The notes under the pieces: model-generated | Database searches by the model: none | What the model saw: only the letters and a program-made list of their open reading frames with translations | What the model was told of the DNA's origin: nothing | Position numbers and translations under genes: made by a program | Shown here: one piece after another, positions 7,989 through 17,313 of the stretch | How the letters are laid out: each line of letters opens with the position of its first letter | Numbering within the stretch: position 1 is the first letter of the stretch | DNA from: an uncultured Thermoplasmatales archaeon | GTDB lineage: Archaea; Thermoplasmatota; E2; DHVEG-1 | DNA: 27,673 nucleotides | NCBI GenBank assembly: GCA_964554985.1 | Contig: CAZKQS010000002.1 | Coordinates: 311-27,983 of the forward strand | Direction of reading: 5' to 3'

Positions 7989-9410
7989 TTAAAAAATATT
8001 TAAATCTAAAATTTTATATAACAACTTGAAAAAATTGTTTACAATCAGAAAATGATTATTTTCAATATCTATTTTATCAATTTTTTTATTTTTTGTAGAA
8101 ATTATTTTAAAATTTACTTCAGCTTCTTTATCTTCACCCCAGATAATATTGTTATGAGAAGGAGAGAAAGTATAATTTTCAGGTAAGGAACTCTGATCAC
8201 AAGTTATAGTAATCAAAAAAGGACGTTTTTCCCACTGGATGCAATAATATCCGTTACTATCTGTAAAATCATATTTACTTACGACTTCACCGGGAAATTT
8301 ACCTATCTTCCCAACTTTAATCCCCTCAACAGGTTTATTATTTGATTTAAACTTAACATATCCATGCACTTTGTAATTATCTTTGTTACTTTGTTTTTCA
8401 TCTTTTCTTTTTGATTTTTTTAAGAGTTCAAAATCTTTTTGAATTATAAAATTGCCGTATTCTCCAACTCCAACAATATTTTTTTTTATTGTTTGAAATC
8501 CTTCTTTTGATACATTTATTCGATATCCTTCTCCATTACCATCATCAACATAGGGTATATCAACATTAGAAAATTCATAGTAGCCATTTGAAGAAGTAGT
8601 TGTTCTTCTTGTATCTTCCAAAAAAGCTTCAAGTTTTACCTTTGCACTGGCAATTGCATTACCTGATGAATCTTTGACATATCCATATATTTCTCCAGAT
8701 CCAGGTGGTGCAAGCCATAAATCAATTTTATGATTTTGATTATTACCACAAAAACCAATAGCATTACATTGTAAACCCTGTTTAAAAGCTTCTAACCTAT
8801 AAATATCAGTTGGAGCAAGAAGGCAATCTTCAAATAAAAAAGCACCATCTGAATCTGTTTTAACCTGATTAGCATATCCACCAAAAAATCCTCTCAATTC
8901 TACTTTTACTCCTTCTAAAGGCGTATTTGATGGATAACTATAGACAAAACCTGAAACACTTTTACCAGATAGTGAAGTCCAGTTTTTTGATAAACCTGAT
9001 TCTTTAGATTTATCTTTATAAGCAATTAAATCGATTTTCCTAATAGGTTCATCTTTTGTTAAAATCAAAACAATTTGATTTTCGATCAATTTACCAGGTT
9101 CTTTTATTATATATTCTCCTTTTGAAACAAAGATAGGTATACGACGCTGAGGAGCATAATATATAAGTTCATAATATCCATCTTGATTAGAATAACATTC
9201 AGGTCCTTTTGGGATAGTTCTAAAAAGTACATCTTCTAATGGTTCTCCACTATTTTTTAGTTTTACATAACCATATAATTTATACTCTTCAATAATAGCG
9301 TTCAAGTCATTTGCCTTTCTTGTTTTTGATATCTTAAAACCCAAAGCAGTTAAATTCGTAAGTAAAAACAAAAAAATTAGGATCAAAGCAATAATCATTT
9401 TTCTTTTCAT
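7989..9410 (-). CDS. secreted protein with four carboxypeptidase-regulatory-like (transthyretin/Cna-B-like) beta-sandwich repeats
   Basis: Four copies of G[YF]V.....P/A+..+.V...(T/S)..DG/NG.[YF]. Signal peptide MKRKMIIALILIF (ATG 9410, SD GGGGT; track start 9440). Confidence 0.8.
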   Translation of the reverse strand: MKRKMIIALILIFLFLLTNLTALGFKISKTRKANDLNAIIEEYKLYGYVKLKNSGEPLEDVLFRTIPKGPECYSNQDGYYELIYYAPQRRIPIFVSKGEYIIKEPGKLIENQIVLILTKDEPIRKIDLIAYKDKSKESGLSKNWTSLSGKSVSGFVYSYPSNTPLEGVKVELRGFFGGYANQVKTDSDGAFLFEDCLLAPTDIYRLEAFKQGLQCNAIGFCGNNQNHKIDLWLAPPGSGEIYGYVKDSSGNAIASAKVKLEAFLEDTRRTTTSSNGYYEFSNVDIPYVDDGNGEGYRINVSKEGFQTIKKNIVGVGEYGNFIIQKDFELLKKSKRKDEKQSNKDNYKVHGYVKFKSNNKPVEGIKVGKIGKFPGEVVSKYDFTDSNGYYCIQWEKRPFLITITCDQSSLPENYTFSPSHNNIIWGEDKEAEVNFKIISTKNKKIDKIDIENNHFLIVNNFFKLLYKILDLNIF

Positions 9411-9511
9411 AATTTTTACCCCATTGATTTTTCCACTCAAAAATCAACAGATAAAATTTGTAAAGAAATTATTTAAGCTTTATAGACCAAAAAACGTAAT
9501 TTAAAAAGATT

Positions 9512-10201
9512 TTAGGCTCGCCAAGGTATTGGAAAAACTTCGTAGAATTTCTCTAAAATATAATCAATTTCTGATAAAGAGACACGGCGTTTTTTTTCTG
9601 GAAAACCATATTTAGAATAATAATCAAGAGCCTCTGAGATTATATCTAAAATAAATTTTTCCTTTAATTGTCCTTTATATGTTAATGCTAAGCTGTATAT
9701 TCTATCAGGATCACTTAGTCTGATCAAGTTTTCATTTGTTTTTGGAGAGTACTCAATTATAACAGGTGAAGAAATCTTTTTTATTTCATTACCCTCTATT
9801 GGAACTGGCTCAATAATATTCATATCTTTTAATTTTTTAACATGAGAATTTATTGTGTTGGGATGCCTTTCAATTTCTTTACTTATCTCTGAAACCGTTG
9901 TGTTTACTCTAAATAACATAAACATAACTATACTTCTATAGGTCTCCTTTTGAAACAAACTAATTATTTTTTTGTCTTTTCTCCCTATTTTACCTCTAAT
10001 AAAATAGCTATTGTATCTATTTGTTTTTTCAATAACAAGTAATTCTCTTTTTTCAAAAAAATTAAGATGATATTTCAGAGTCGAGCGAGGAATATCTAGT
10101 TCTCTTGATATTTTCCTTTCATGATAACCAGGTTTTTCTAATATTAGTCTATAGATGTTTCTTCTAGTTTCAAATTCCAGTATTTTTTCTCTTGATATCA
10201 T
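9512..10201 (-). CDS. double winged-HTH transcriptional regulator (ArsR/MarR-like, COG3398-type)
   Basis: TRRNIYRLILEKPG.H.R.ISREL.IPRSTLKYHL and a second HTH (TVSEISKEIERHPNTINSHVKKL). Confidence 0.85.
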   Translation of the reverse strand: MISREKILEFETRRNIYRLILEKPGYHERKISRELDIPRSTLKYHLNFFEKRELLVIEKTNRYNSYFIRGKIGRKDKKIISLFQKETYRSIVMFMLFRVNTTVSEISKEIERHPNTINSHVKKLKDMNIIEPVPIEGNEIKKISSPVIIEYSPKTNENLIRLSDPDRIYSLALTYKGQLKEKFILDIISEALDYYSKYGFPEKKRRVSLSEIDYILEKFYEVFPIPWRA

Positions 10202-10398
10202 GTCTTTATCAGTTATTTAAGAATAAAATTAAGTATAAATTCTATGTAACAATAATAACAAAAACCAAGTAATATGTTATTTTGAATATAATTCTTTAAT
10301 AAATATAACTTTTATTTATAAAGTGTTAAAATAATAACAGATTTTTGATTAACAACATCGAAATAACAATAAATAAGATATGCATTCTCCTATTTTAT

Positions 10399-11448
10399 AT
10401 GGATAAAGTAGAAATCATTAAGAGAAACACCGAGGAGATCGTTAAACTAGATGAACTAAAAGAAGTACTTAAAAAAGAAAAACCTAAGGCATATATTGGT
10501 TTTGAACCAAGCGGTACAGTTCATCTTGGTTGGAAGATCTGTACAAACAAAATAAAGGATTTTCTAGACGCTGGTTTTGATTTTACAGTACTTTTAGCTG
10601 ATTGGCACGCATATATTAATGATAAATTAGGTGGAGATATTGAAAAAATAAAACTTTGTGGTAAATACATGGAAGACTGTTTTGCTGCAATGGGCATAGA
10701 TGCGTCTGCATTATCATTTGTATATGCAAGTGAATATGTAGGCGACCCAGATTACTGGGAAACAGTTCTTAGAACCTCTAAAGCAACATCAGTCAAGCGT
10801 GTGAAGCGTGCAATGGATATAATGGGAAGAACTGAAGATGAAGCAGAAAAAGATCTATCAAAGCTGTTTTATCCAGCTATGCAGGTGTCTGATATTTTTT
10901 ATTTAGACCTCGATGTCGCATATGGAGGTATGGACCAACGACATGCACATATGCTAGCTAGGGATGTCTCAAAGAAACTAGATAGAAAACCTCCTGTAGC
11001 AGTACATACTCCACTACTTACAGGTCTTCAAGCAGGAGGGCGAATGAATCCAACTGAAGTAAAAATGAGTAAAAGTAAACCTGACTCAATGATATCTATC
11101 CATGATTCAACTAAAGCAATTAAAAGAAAGGTTAAAAAAGCATATTGCCCTGAGAAAATTGTTGAGAAAAACCCAATTTTAGAGATGTGTAAATATGTAA
11201 TATTTCCAGAGTTGAACGGTGAAGCATTCATAATTAAAAGACCTGAGAAATGGGGTGGAAACCTAGAGTTTAAAACATATGAAGAACTAGAAGAATCTTT
11301 CAAAAAAGATTTACATCCACTTGATTTAAAAAATTCTACAGCTGAATACCTTGATAGAATAGTTGAACCAATTAGAAAATATTTTGAGAAAAATCCAGAT
11401 AACTTTGAAAAGATGAAAAAACTAAATATTATTAATATCGAAGAGTAG
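10399..11448 (+). CDS. tyrS: tyrosyl-tRNA synthetase, archaeal type
   Basis: YIGFEPSGTVHLGW (HIGH-like), YPAMQVSDI, GGMDQR, KMSKS. ATG 10399 is preferred over TTG 10345. Confidence 0.97.
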   Translation: MDKVEIIKRNTEEIVKLDELKEVLKKEKPKAYIGFEPSGTVHLGWKICTNKIKDFLDAGFDFTVLLADWHAYINDKLGGDIEKIKLCGKYMEDCFAAMGIDASALSFVYASEYVGDPDYWETVLRTSKATSVKRVKRAMDIMGRTEDEAEKDLSKLFYPAMQVSDIFYLDLDVAYGGMDQRHAHMLARDVSKKLDRKPPVAVHTPLLTGLQAGGRMNPTEVKMSKSKPDSMISIHDSTKAIKRKVKKAYCPEKIVEKNPILEMCKYVIFPELNGEAFIIKRPEKWGGNLEFKTYEELEESFKKDLHPLDLKNSTAEYLDRIVEPIRKYFEKNPDNFEKMKKLNIINIEE

Positions 11449-12817
11449 GATATTTTAATTCAATTATTTTTTCTGATATCTTAAGGGAGACATATAACCC
11501 AACTAATGACGCAATTATAAAAAGGCTTAAAAAAAATCCAGGATAATCGATATTACTCCATATATATCCACCTATCACTGCAAAAGGAGATAAAAGTACA
11601 AATAGAATTATTGTAACACTATATAATAACATTATATCTGATTTTTTTCCGACATATTTAACTCCAAGAGGAATAGATAAGCTGGCACTTACAATAAAAG
11701 AAAAAATCAAAAGCCACAATACGAAAAGTAGATTTTCAAATCCCATAAAGATACTTACAAAGAAAATAAAAGGAATAGCTGTTACAAAACACAAAAGTAA
11801 AGAACTTACTTTTCCAAAGATCAAAGTTTTACTATCTATTGGATTGTATCTAATTATCCACATGGTTTTTTCTTCATTTAAAAATAGACTGAGTGATGGA
11901 AAAACAGAGGTATAGATTACTACGATTATTACACCCATTAAAATAAAGAGTGCTGGCAGAAACTCTTCATATAAGGCTTGAAGATTTGTAGGTATTAAAA
12001 GTTCTGGACCATAAACATATAGGTAACCAGTGAAAAAACCAGTCGCAGCTGAAGTTGAAACAAAACTTAAAAAAAGTTTATTTCTCCATAAAATTGTTGT
12101 TTCTTTGTTAAATAAAGCTTTTATTTTATTTCTCACCTTGATCTGTGCTTTATCATTTACTCTTGTTTTTCTCCTAATGTTCTGATAAGAAGAAAGCGAA
12201 TGTTTCAAGCTCCATATTAGATGAAAGAGTGCTAATGGTGTTGTTAGAACTATAAACAATGGCTTTTGTGAAAGGAAAATTGATAGAACTAAAATAATTG
12301 AAGGGGTAAGTCTAAGTCTATTTTCTGAAAAAAAGTTTAGACATAAAGTTGAACCGATTAGTATTCCAGAGATAACAATGATATTTGCATATATATATTC
12401 AAGTGGGTAGTAGATATCTATTGGAAATATCGCTAAAAAAAGTATAAACAAAGTTGAAAGTGAGAGCCAAATAAATAAATTAGTTAGAAAAACAGATAAA
12501 AAAATCTCAGAAATAGTCTTTTTTTGTTTTACTTGTGTTGATAATGCATATGTTACTTCCCCTGGTTTTACAAAATATTTATGTATATCAACACCTGATT
12601 TTGCAATAAAAACAAAAAATATCATAAAATAGACATCATTAAGGCTTATGTTTAGAGGAGTATCGATTATTTGAAGATAAAAAGTTAGAAATGAAAACAT
12701 TAAAACAGAAAAAATCATAATAAGCGTGAAAAATAGATATAGAATCGGTGTTTCTTTTATTTTTTTAAATAGTTCTCGTTTGATATTGAGAAGTATTATC
12801 TTTGTTGTTTCAAACAT
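11432..12817 (-). CDS. ABC exporter permease (about 12 TM)
   Basis: Highly hydrophobic, EEKTMWIIRYNP....LIFGK motif, overlaps the upstream ATPase by 8 nt. Confidence 0.8.
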   Translation of the reverse strand: MFETTKIILLNIKRELFKKIKETPILYLFFTLIMIFSVLMFSFLTFYLQIIDTPLNISLNDVYFMIFFVFIAKSGVDIHKYFVKPGEVTYALSTQVKQKKTISEIFLSVFLTNLFIWLSLSTLFILFLAIFPIDIYYPLEYIYANIIVISGILIGSTLCLNFFSENRLRLTPSIILVLSIFLSQKPLFIVLTTPLALFHLIWSLKHSLSSYQNIRRKTRVNDKAQIKVRNKIKALFNKETTILWRNKLFLSFVSTSAATGFFTGYLYVYGPELLIPTNLQALYEEFLPALFILMGVIIVVIYTSVFPSLSLFLNEEKTMWIIRYNPIDSKTLIFGKVSSLLLCFVTAIPFIFFVSIFMGFENLLFVLWLLIFSFIVSASLSIPLGVKYVGKKSDIMLLYSVTIILFVLLSPFAVIGGYIWSNIDYPGFFLSLFIIASLVGLYVSLKISEKIIELKYPTLRY

Positions 12818-13511
12818 TTTTTAACCTGTTTTCAAAATATGCTTCTTCCATACTTCCATATTTTTCCATTAATTCTTCTACCTTATCAAATAATGTTACT
12901 TTCCCTTTCTCAATTATATATACATAATTAGCAACTGATTCAACAAGTTTTGTTGAGTGGGTAGCAATTATTGTTGTTCCCTTCTGTGTTTTTATAAATT
13001 CTTGTATCTTTTTTGATGTAAGTGGGTCAAGGCCATATACCGGTTCATCGAGAAGTAGATTTGATGGATCGTGCATTATTGCTGAGGTAATTGAAATTTT
13101 TTGTTTCATTCCTTTTGAGTATGATCCAATCTCATAATCTAAGGAATCGTTTATTCCAATGTTTTCTGTGATTTCATTGATTTTTATTTCAGCGTCTTTT
13201 AGTTTTCTTAAACTTGCTATATAAAATAAGAATTCTCTACCTGTAAGCCTATCATACATCTCTGGCATTTCAGGTAAATATCCAATTCTTTCTCTTGCTT
13301 TTATTGATTCTTTTACTATAGAGCATCCATCAATTTTTACTATTCCCCTGTTATATGTTAGAATTCCAGTACATATCTTTAAAAGAGTAGATTTTCCGGC
13401 TCCATTTTCACCCATTATAGCAAATACTTTTGAATCATCAAAATCAAAACTTACATTATTTAAAGCAGTGATTTTACCATAGGTTTTTGTTAGATTTTTT
13501 ATTGTTATCAT
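12810..13511 (-). CDS. ABC transporter ATP-binding protein
   Basis: Walker A GENGAGKS, signature YSKGMKQK, Walker B LLLDEP, H-loop ATHS. Confidence 0.95.
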   Translation of the reverse strand: MITIKNLTKTYGKITALNNVSFDFDDSKVFAIMGENGAGKSTLLKICTGILTYNRGIVKIDGCSIVKESIKARERIGYLPEMPEMYDRLTGREFLFYIASLRKLKDAEIKINEITENIGINDSLDYEIGSYSKGMKQKISITSAIMHDPSNLLLDEPVYGLDPLTSKKIQEFIKTQKGTTIIATHSTKLVESVANYVYIIEKGKVTLFDKVEELMEKYGSMEEAYFENRLKNV

Positions 13512-13623
13512 TGGCTTCAGCTAGATTGGGTAAAAGACAAATTGTTTTAAAGGTTGTGAATGTATTTTTATTTTTTATGTTGTAATTTCAAATTAAGAAC
13601 AATATATTAAACACAAGATTGGT

Positions 13624-14022
13624 TTAGATTTTTTTAAACTCTATCTCTGAACCATCAATTGTAAGATTCAAGGTATCTTTTTCTTTAGAAAATCTGTAAC
13701 CATAAATATAAGATAACTCCTCTGTACAGTTGATGTATAACTTTGAATCTGAAATATTCCAATTTCCGCTTATTCCACCAAATGTGCCCTTTCCAGTTAA
13801 TAAAAATGAGTACCTTCCACCCTCCCCAATAATAAAGTTATTAATATCAGGATTTTCAGTTTCCCATATGCCGACAAAGTCATATTTAGTACTATTTTGA
13901 ATGCTACTTGATTTTTCACCTAAAAAATTAGCAAAACCTCCAAATTTTATAACAAAAAGCCAAGACCCTAGTAGTAAAACAATTAACAGAATGATACCTG
14001 CAAGAATCCATATTTTTTTCAT
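13624..14022 (-). CDS. membrane-anchored protein with lipocalin-like beta domain
   Basis: N-terminal TM helix, FVGIW (GxW) motif followed by beta-rich GNWNI...LYI pattern. Confidence 0.7.
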   Translation of the reverse strand: MKKIWILAGIILLIVLLLGSWLFVIKFGGFANFLGEKSSSIQNSTKYDFVGIWETENPDINNFIIGEGGRYSFLLTGKGTFGGISGNWNISDSKLYINCTEELSYIYGYRFSKEKDTLNLTIDGSEIEFKKI

Positions 14023-14155
14023 ATGTTGTGTTGTATCATTCTAATAATTATAATATTTTTTAAAAATAGCTTTAAATCAAAAATATTAATCATCCAATAG
14101 AAAATAATTCTAAATTAAAGATAAGGGCGACCAAAAGTTTTATATCTATAACAAC

Positions 14156-14173
14156 GATTAACGGCCGTTAATC
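14156..14173. promoter_or_regulatory. perfect 18-bp palindrome GATTAACGGCCGTTAATC, candidate operator
   Basis: Exact self-complement in the divergent intergenic region, just downstream of CCAAAAGTTTTATAT (BRE/TATA-like). Confidence 0.5.
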
Positions 14174-14268
14174 ATTTATTTATAAGGGTAGTAAAATATT
14201 ATAAATATAGAAATATTTAAAAACTACATAATATTAGTAAATAAATGGTATTTAGGGAGAAGTAAAAG

Positions 14269-15966
14269 ATGAGAGTAAATTTTAAAAAAATTATGTGTCT
14301 AATGCTGGTAACATTCTTTTTAATTTCAACAACTAACTCAATTGCAAAAAATATTACAAAAAATTCATTAGAGGAATCCAAAGAAAAAACTCTTATAAAA
14401 AATATTATAACATCTTCAGAAGAAATCGAAGATTATGACGAATTATTAAACACAGAAATAACGTTAAAAATAATTGAGATTAGAGCCTTTGACGAAATTG
14501 ATTTATTTAAAAGCCCTGATTTTTATGTAAAGGTTTTTATCAACGATAAAGAATTTGAAAGCCCGGTTTGGAAGAACCAAAATTATGTAAAAAATCCGAA
14601 CTGCTCATGGACTGTTGATGTACCAGATAATATTGAAACAGTAGACATCAAAATACAACTTTGGGATAAAAATATTGGAAAAGACACTCTTTGCGATATA
14701 AACAGAGACTATGGATTTTTCTCTGATGCAAAGGAGATAAATTTGATATATAGTATAAAAACCGGCCACTGGTTTGGAGATGATAAAGTAAACCATTACC
14801 CAGATTGGGATGACCGAGGAGACTCAAGTGGATACAAAAGAGCTTGTGGATGTGATGATGGATCTATATATCAAAATGACTTAGATTGTGAACTCTGGTT
14901 TGATATAACTCAAAACGATTTTGATAATGATACAATCACATACTGGATGGAAAAAAATGTTTACAAAACAGATCCAAAGGTAAGTGATATCGGAAAAGAT
15001 TATGATAACGATGGCGTTCCGATAGAATGGGAATATAAATGGGGACACATCGCACAATATAATAGTAGAGAAAACAAATGGATTGAAGGATTCATATATG
15101 ATCCATTCACATGGGAGAATCATTCAAGTTTTGACCCAGATGAAGATGGTCTAGACAATATAGAAGAATACAAAGCAGAAAAAGAAGGTTTCAGAACTGA
15201 TCCACATAGAAAGGATATACTACTTGAAATCGATCAAATGAAGGAAGGTCCAAATGGCGAAGGAGCTCTAATTCCAGAACTTTCAAAGGACTTACTTTGG
15301 GATTCATATGGCAGACATAATATTGTTTTTCAAATAGATGATCAAGGCAGAGTAATACCATTTGAAGAAAGTACATCTGGTTGGAAAGGACCAGGTCTGC
15401 AAAATATTTATTTTAAACATTTTATGAATGAAAACGAAAGCTACTGGAGAAGAGGAGCATTTCATTATGCGCCAATTATCTACAAAAGTGAAGACCATCC
15501 AGGTAATATGTGGATGAGTATAGTAGGAGAATGGGATGGTTCATACAATTTTTCAGAAGAACGCAATAATAATGCATCTGTATATGGAGACTGCTTCCAA
15601 GTTTCAACCTGCAACCATGAAAAACTAACATCAAGAAAAGCACTACTTTTTTTATTAACTCATAAGACTCTTGACAAAGAAAAACAAAGAGCAATAGCTT
15701 ATGCAAGTGCGATGATGCATGAAACAGGACATGTTTTAGGTATATTCCATGATAATGCTGAAGGATGTGACAACCGTAATGCAGTTAGGCCATGGCAGCC
15801 ATTATTTTGGGTATATTTTAGATACCACAGTTGTATGAACTATGCATGGATGTATCAATTTGTTGATTACTCAGATGGATCAAATGGAAAATATGATAAA
15901 GATGACTGGGAAAACATTGATTTAACATTGTTTCAGAAAGAAAGAAATCCTTATTACAATGAATAA
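14269..15966 (+). CDS. secreted zinc metalloprotease (metzincin) with N-terminal C2-like domain and Ca-binding DxDxDG repeats
   Basis: Signal peptide; HETGHVLGIFH (HExxHxxGxxH, 15718-15750); Met-turn SCMNY (15829-15843); DYDNDG and DPDEDG motifs; SD GGGAG. Confidence 0.88.
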   Translation: MRVNFKKIMCLMLVTFFLISTTNSIAKNITKNSLEESKEKTLIKNIITSSEEIEDYDELLNTEITLKIIEIRAFDEIDLFKSPDFYVKVFINDKEFESPVWKNQNYVKNPNCSWTVDVPDNIETVDIKIQLWDKNIGKDTLCDINRDYGFFSDAKEINLIYSIKTGHWFGDDKVNHYPDWDDRGDSSGYKRACGCDDGSIYQNDLDCELWFDITQNDFDNDTITYWMEKNVYKTDPKVSDIGKDYDNDGVPIEWEYKWGHIAQYNSRENKWIEGFIYDPFTWENHSSFDPDEDGLDNIEEYKAEKEGFRTDPHRKDILLEIDQMKEGPNGEGALIPELSKDLLWDSYGRHNIVFQIDDQGRVIPFEESTSGWKGPGLQNIYFKHFMNENESYWRRGAFHYAPIIYKSEDHPGNMWMSIVGEWDGSYNFSEERNNNASVYGDCFQVSTCNHEKLTSRKALLFLLTHKTLDKEKQRAIAYASAMMHETGHVLGIFHDNAEGCDNRNAVRPWQPLFWVYFRYHSCMNYAWMYQFVDYSDGSNGKYDKDDWENIDLTLFQKERNPYYNE

Positions 15967-16025
15967 AAACAATCTATAAAAATCAATAGAAATGTTTTAA
16001 ACCGAGTAGAAAATGTATCTATCAT

Positions 16026-16289
16026 ATGAAGAAAAAAATTGTTGCAGTTATTTGGAATGATGTATTAGAATATGGGGAAGAAGAACTAAAAAAAGAAAAT
16101 TTTTCACTAGCAAAAACAGTACAAACAGGTATTTTGTATGACGAAGATAATGAAAAAATAAGACTTGTCCATAGTCTTAGTCTCGATAATGAAGAACATG
16201 ATTTTGTAGTAATTCCTAAATCACTAATAATTAATCAAAATACTCTCGGAATTTTTGATACAAAAGCAAATAAAATTTCAGCTAAATAG
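16026..16289 (+). CDS. small acidic beta-rich hypothetical protein (possible Sm/SH3-like barrel)
   Basis: 87-aa ORF with VAVIWND...QTGILYDED...IRLV...VVIPKSLI pattern. The fold is a guess. Confidence 0.65.
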   Translation: MKKKIVAVIWNDVLEYGEEELKKENFSLAKTVQTGILYDEDNEKIRLVHSLSLDNEEHDFVVIPKSLIINQNTLGIFDTKANKISAK

Positions 16290-16686
16290 AGTAATTGCAT
16301 TTGTAGCATTTATTTGTGTGAATGCAGAGTAACTCTCCACAATTTGGACATCTATATTTTTCACTTTGTTTTTTAAGGAATTTTTCCAATCCATAATCTT
16401 TTATTTCTTTTAAATTTTCTATCATACTCATTTTATATTTTTCTCTATACTTATCATCAAGTTTTTTTAGATATGTACAAGGAAAATCATCGCATTCATA
16501 GCAAAATTGAATTTCATTTTTTGAAAGTTTTTTACAATACTTTTTAATAAATGAACAATTCTTATTACTTTGATTGCAACCCGGGCATTTCATTTTCCTT
16601 TTTGTGCCACTCATCGTATACCCAAAATATCCTATACATACCGCACAGTTCATTCCACAGGGTGCAATTAGCTCTTTTTGGATCAT
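16282..16686 (-). CDS. DUF3795-type Cys-rich protein with C-terminal Zn ribbon
   Basis: LIAPCGMNCAVC, CPGC, FCYECDDFPC, SMIENL, CPNCG..CIH..KCYKC. Confidence 0.85.
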   Translation of the reverse strand: MIQKELIAPCGMNCAVCIGYFGYTMSGTKRKMKCPGCNQSNKNCSFIKKYCKKLSKNEIQFCYECDDFPCTYLKKLDDKYREKYKMSMIENLKEIKDYGLEKFLKKQSEKYRCPNCGELLCIHTNKCYKCNYSI

Positions 16687-16865
16687 TCAAACAATTATTG
16701 AATTGATACTCTAAAATTAATAGTTTGTCTTTGTTTAATTTGTTTTACTATGGCTATTTTAAAAAAATAAATTTTTTTCTGAATAAATACGTCGAAAAAA
16801 ATAGAATACCTTATCTCAAAACAAAGTGGTTTAGTAATAAATAAAATCTAATATCCTCTGTTAAT

Positions 16866-16988
16866 CTACTTAACAGATAAATCATCTACAAAAAGACCAA
16901 CTTGTCTTTTTTTAGAATTCTTATAGATTATTTTTTGATTCTTTCTCGATTTGACCATTTTTTTTAGTCTTTGAGTTACATCTTCCAT
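16866..16988 (-). CDS. 40-aa basic small protein (not in ORF track)
   Basis: MEDVTQRLKKMVKSRKNQKIIYKNSKKRQVGLFVDDLSVK*. GGAGGTGA SD (16995-17002) 6 nt upstream of the ATG. Confidence 0.6.
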   Translation of the reverse strand: MEDVTQRLKKMVKSRKNQKIIYKNSKKRQVGLFVDDLSVK

Positions 16989-17045
16989 TGTTTATCACCT
17001 CCGATATCAATGTTAATTATTTTTTATTAAAAATAAGAAGAAATC

Positions 17046-17104
17046 ATCGATGTTTGAGCGTTTCTTATATTAGATCAATACAAAATTAGTTTCAAACAAT
17101 CGAT
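17046..17104 (-). terminator. stem-loop in the cspA 3' region followed by a U-rich tract
   Basis: ATCGATGTTTGA (17046-17057) pairs with TCAAAC-A-ATCGAT (17092-17104), 12 bp with one bulge. The minus strand then reads GATTTCTTCTTATTTTT. Confidence 0.4.
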
Positions 17105-17112
17105 AGTTGTGT

Positions 17113-17313
17113 TTATGTGTTTTGTATTTTCTTTACGTTTGTTGCTCTTTGGCCTTTTTCTGATTCTTCGGTTTCGAATTCGACTTCATCTCCTTCGTTA
17201 AGACTTGTTTCTTCTGGAATGGCTGATCTGTGGACAAAGACATCTGTTCCATCTTCACCTTCTATAAAGCCGTATCCTTTCATGGAATTATACCATTTTA
17301 CATTTCCTTTCAT
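17113..17313 (-). CDS. cspA: cold-shock protein
   Basis: GNVKWYN, RNP1 KGYGFI, RNP2 VFVH. SD AGGAGGTGA at 17321-17329. Confidence 0.95.
   Translation of the reverse strand: MKGNVKWYNSMKGYGFIEGEDGTDVFVHRSAIPEETSLNEGDEVEFETEESEKGQRATNVKKIQNT

Noticed and set aside
10255-10280. ATAACA-N14-TGTTAT inverted repeat between the regulator and tyrS
   Set aside because: 6-bp AT-rich arms are expected by chance in this composition.
16890-16913. Hairpin plus T-run as a plus-strand intrinsic terminator
   Set aside because: No plus-strand gene ends nearby, the stem is mostly A-T pairs, and it lies inside the minus-strand small ORF.
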